Part shown: positions 63,861 to 64,000 of the stretch, one piece after another
Numbering within the stretch: position 1 is the stretch's first letter
Layout of the letters: each line of letters starts with the position of its first letter
Assembly (NCBI RefSeq): GCF_030144855.1
Contig: NC_082736.1
Location: 7,378,001 to 7,442,000 of the forward strand
DNA from: Hypanus sabinus
Lineage: Eukaryota
DNA length: 64,000 bases
Direction of reading: 5' to 3'
Translations under genes and position numbers: made by a program
The notes under the pieces: generated by a model
What the model was told of the DNA's origin: nothing
Databases searched by the model: none
What the model saw: the letters and a program-made list of their open reading frames with translations, nothing else

Positions 63861-64000
63861 TTCTCCATACGAAAGCGTCATGGGGTCTTTCAGGCTCGAG
63901 TTGAAATGAGATTCAGGAGTTACCCAGCTGGAACCAATAAACCCCGAACCCACAAATAAAACGGCAGCAATCCTCCACTTGGCATGGATACCGAGTGGGA

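Overview
This window is eukaryotic, repeat-dense vertebrate DNA. The repeat families (CR1, Rex1/Babar, Penelope-like) point to a cartilaginous fish, probably a ray; that assignment is inference. Genuine genes are few: a tRNA-Asp(GTC), intact replication-dependent histones H3.2, H1 and H2A with 3' stem-loops, and an H4 whose N-terminal tail is destroyed. No H2B is present. Most other ORF-track entries are decayed transposable-element fragments: CR1, Rex1/Babar and L1 LINEs, a two-LTR CsRn1-type Gypsy element, two solo LTRs, an IR/DR Tc1, Buster-type hAT elements and Penelope-like elements. Four structures are not explained by the gene list. (1) A ~10-11 kb inverted segmental duplication (~7.4-18.7 kb vs ~49.8-60.1 kb) brackets the H4-H3-H1 trio. 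(2) An orphan CpG-rich promoter/first-exon module built on an RFX X-box occurs in three paralogous copies. (3) A non-autonomous hAT carries the 3' end of 28S rDNA. (4) Six minimal hammerhead-ribozyme motifs sit in Penelope-derived repeats, two of them heading ~130-nt mini-elements. All alignments were done by eye, so TE boundaries without TSDs are approximate.
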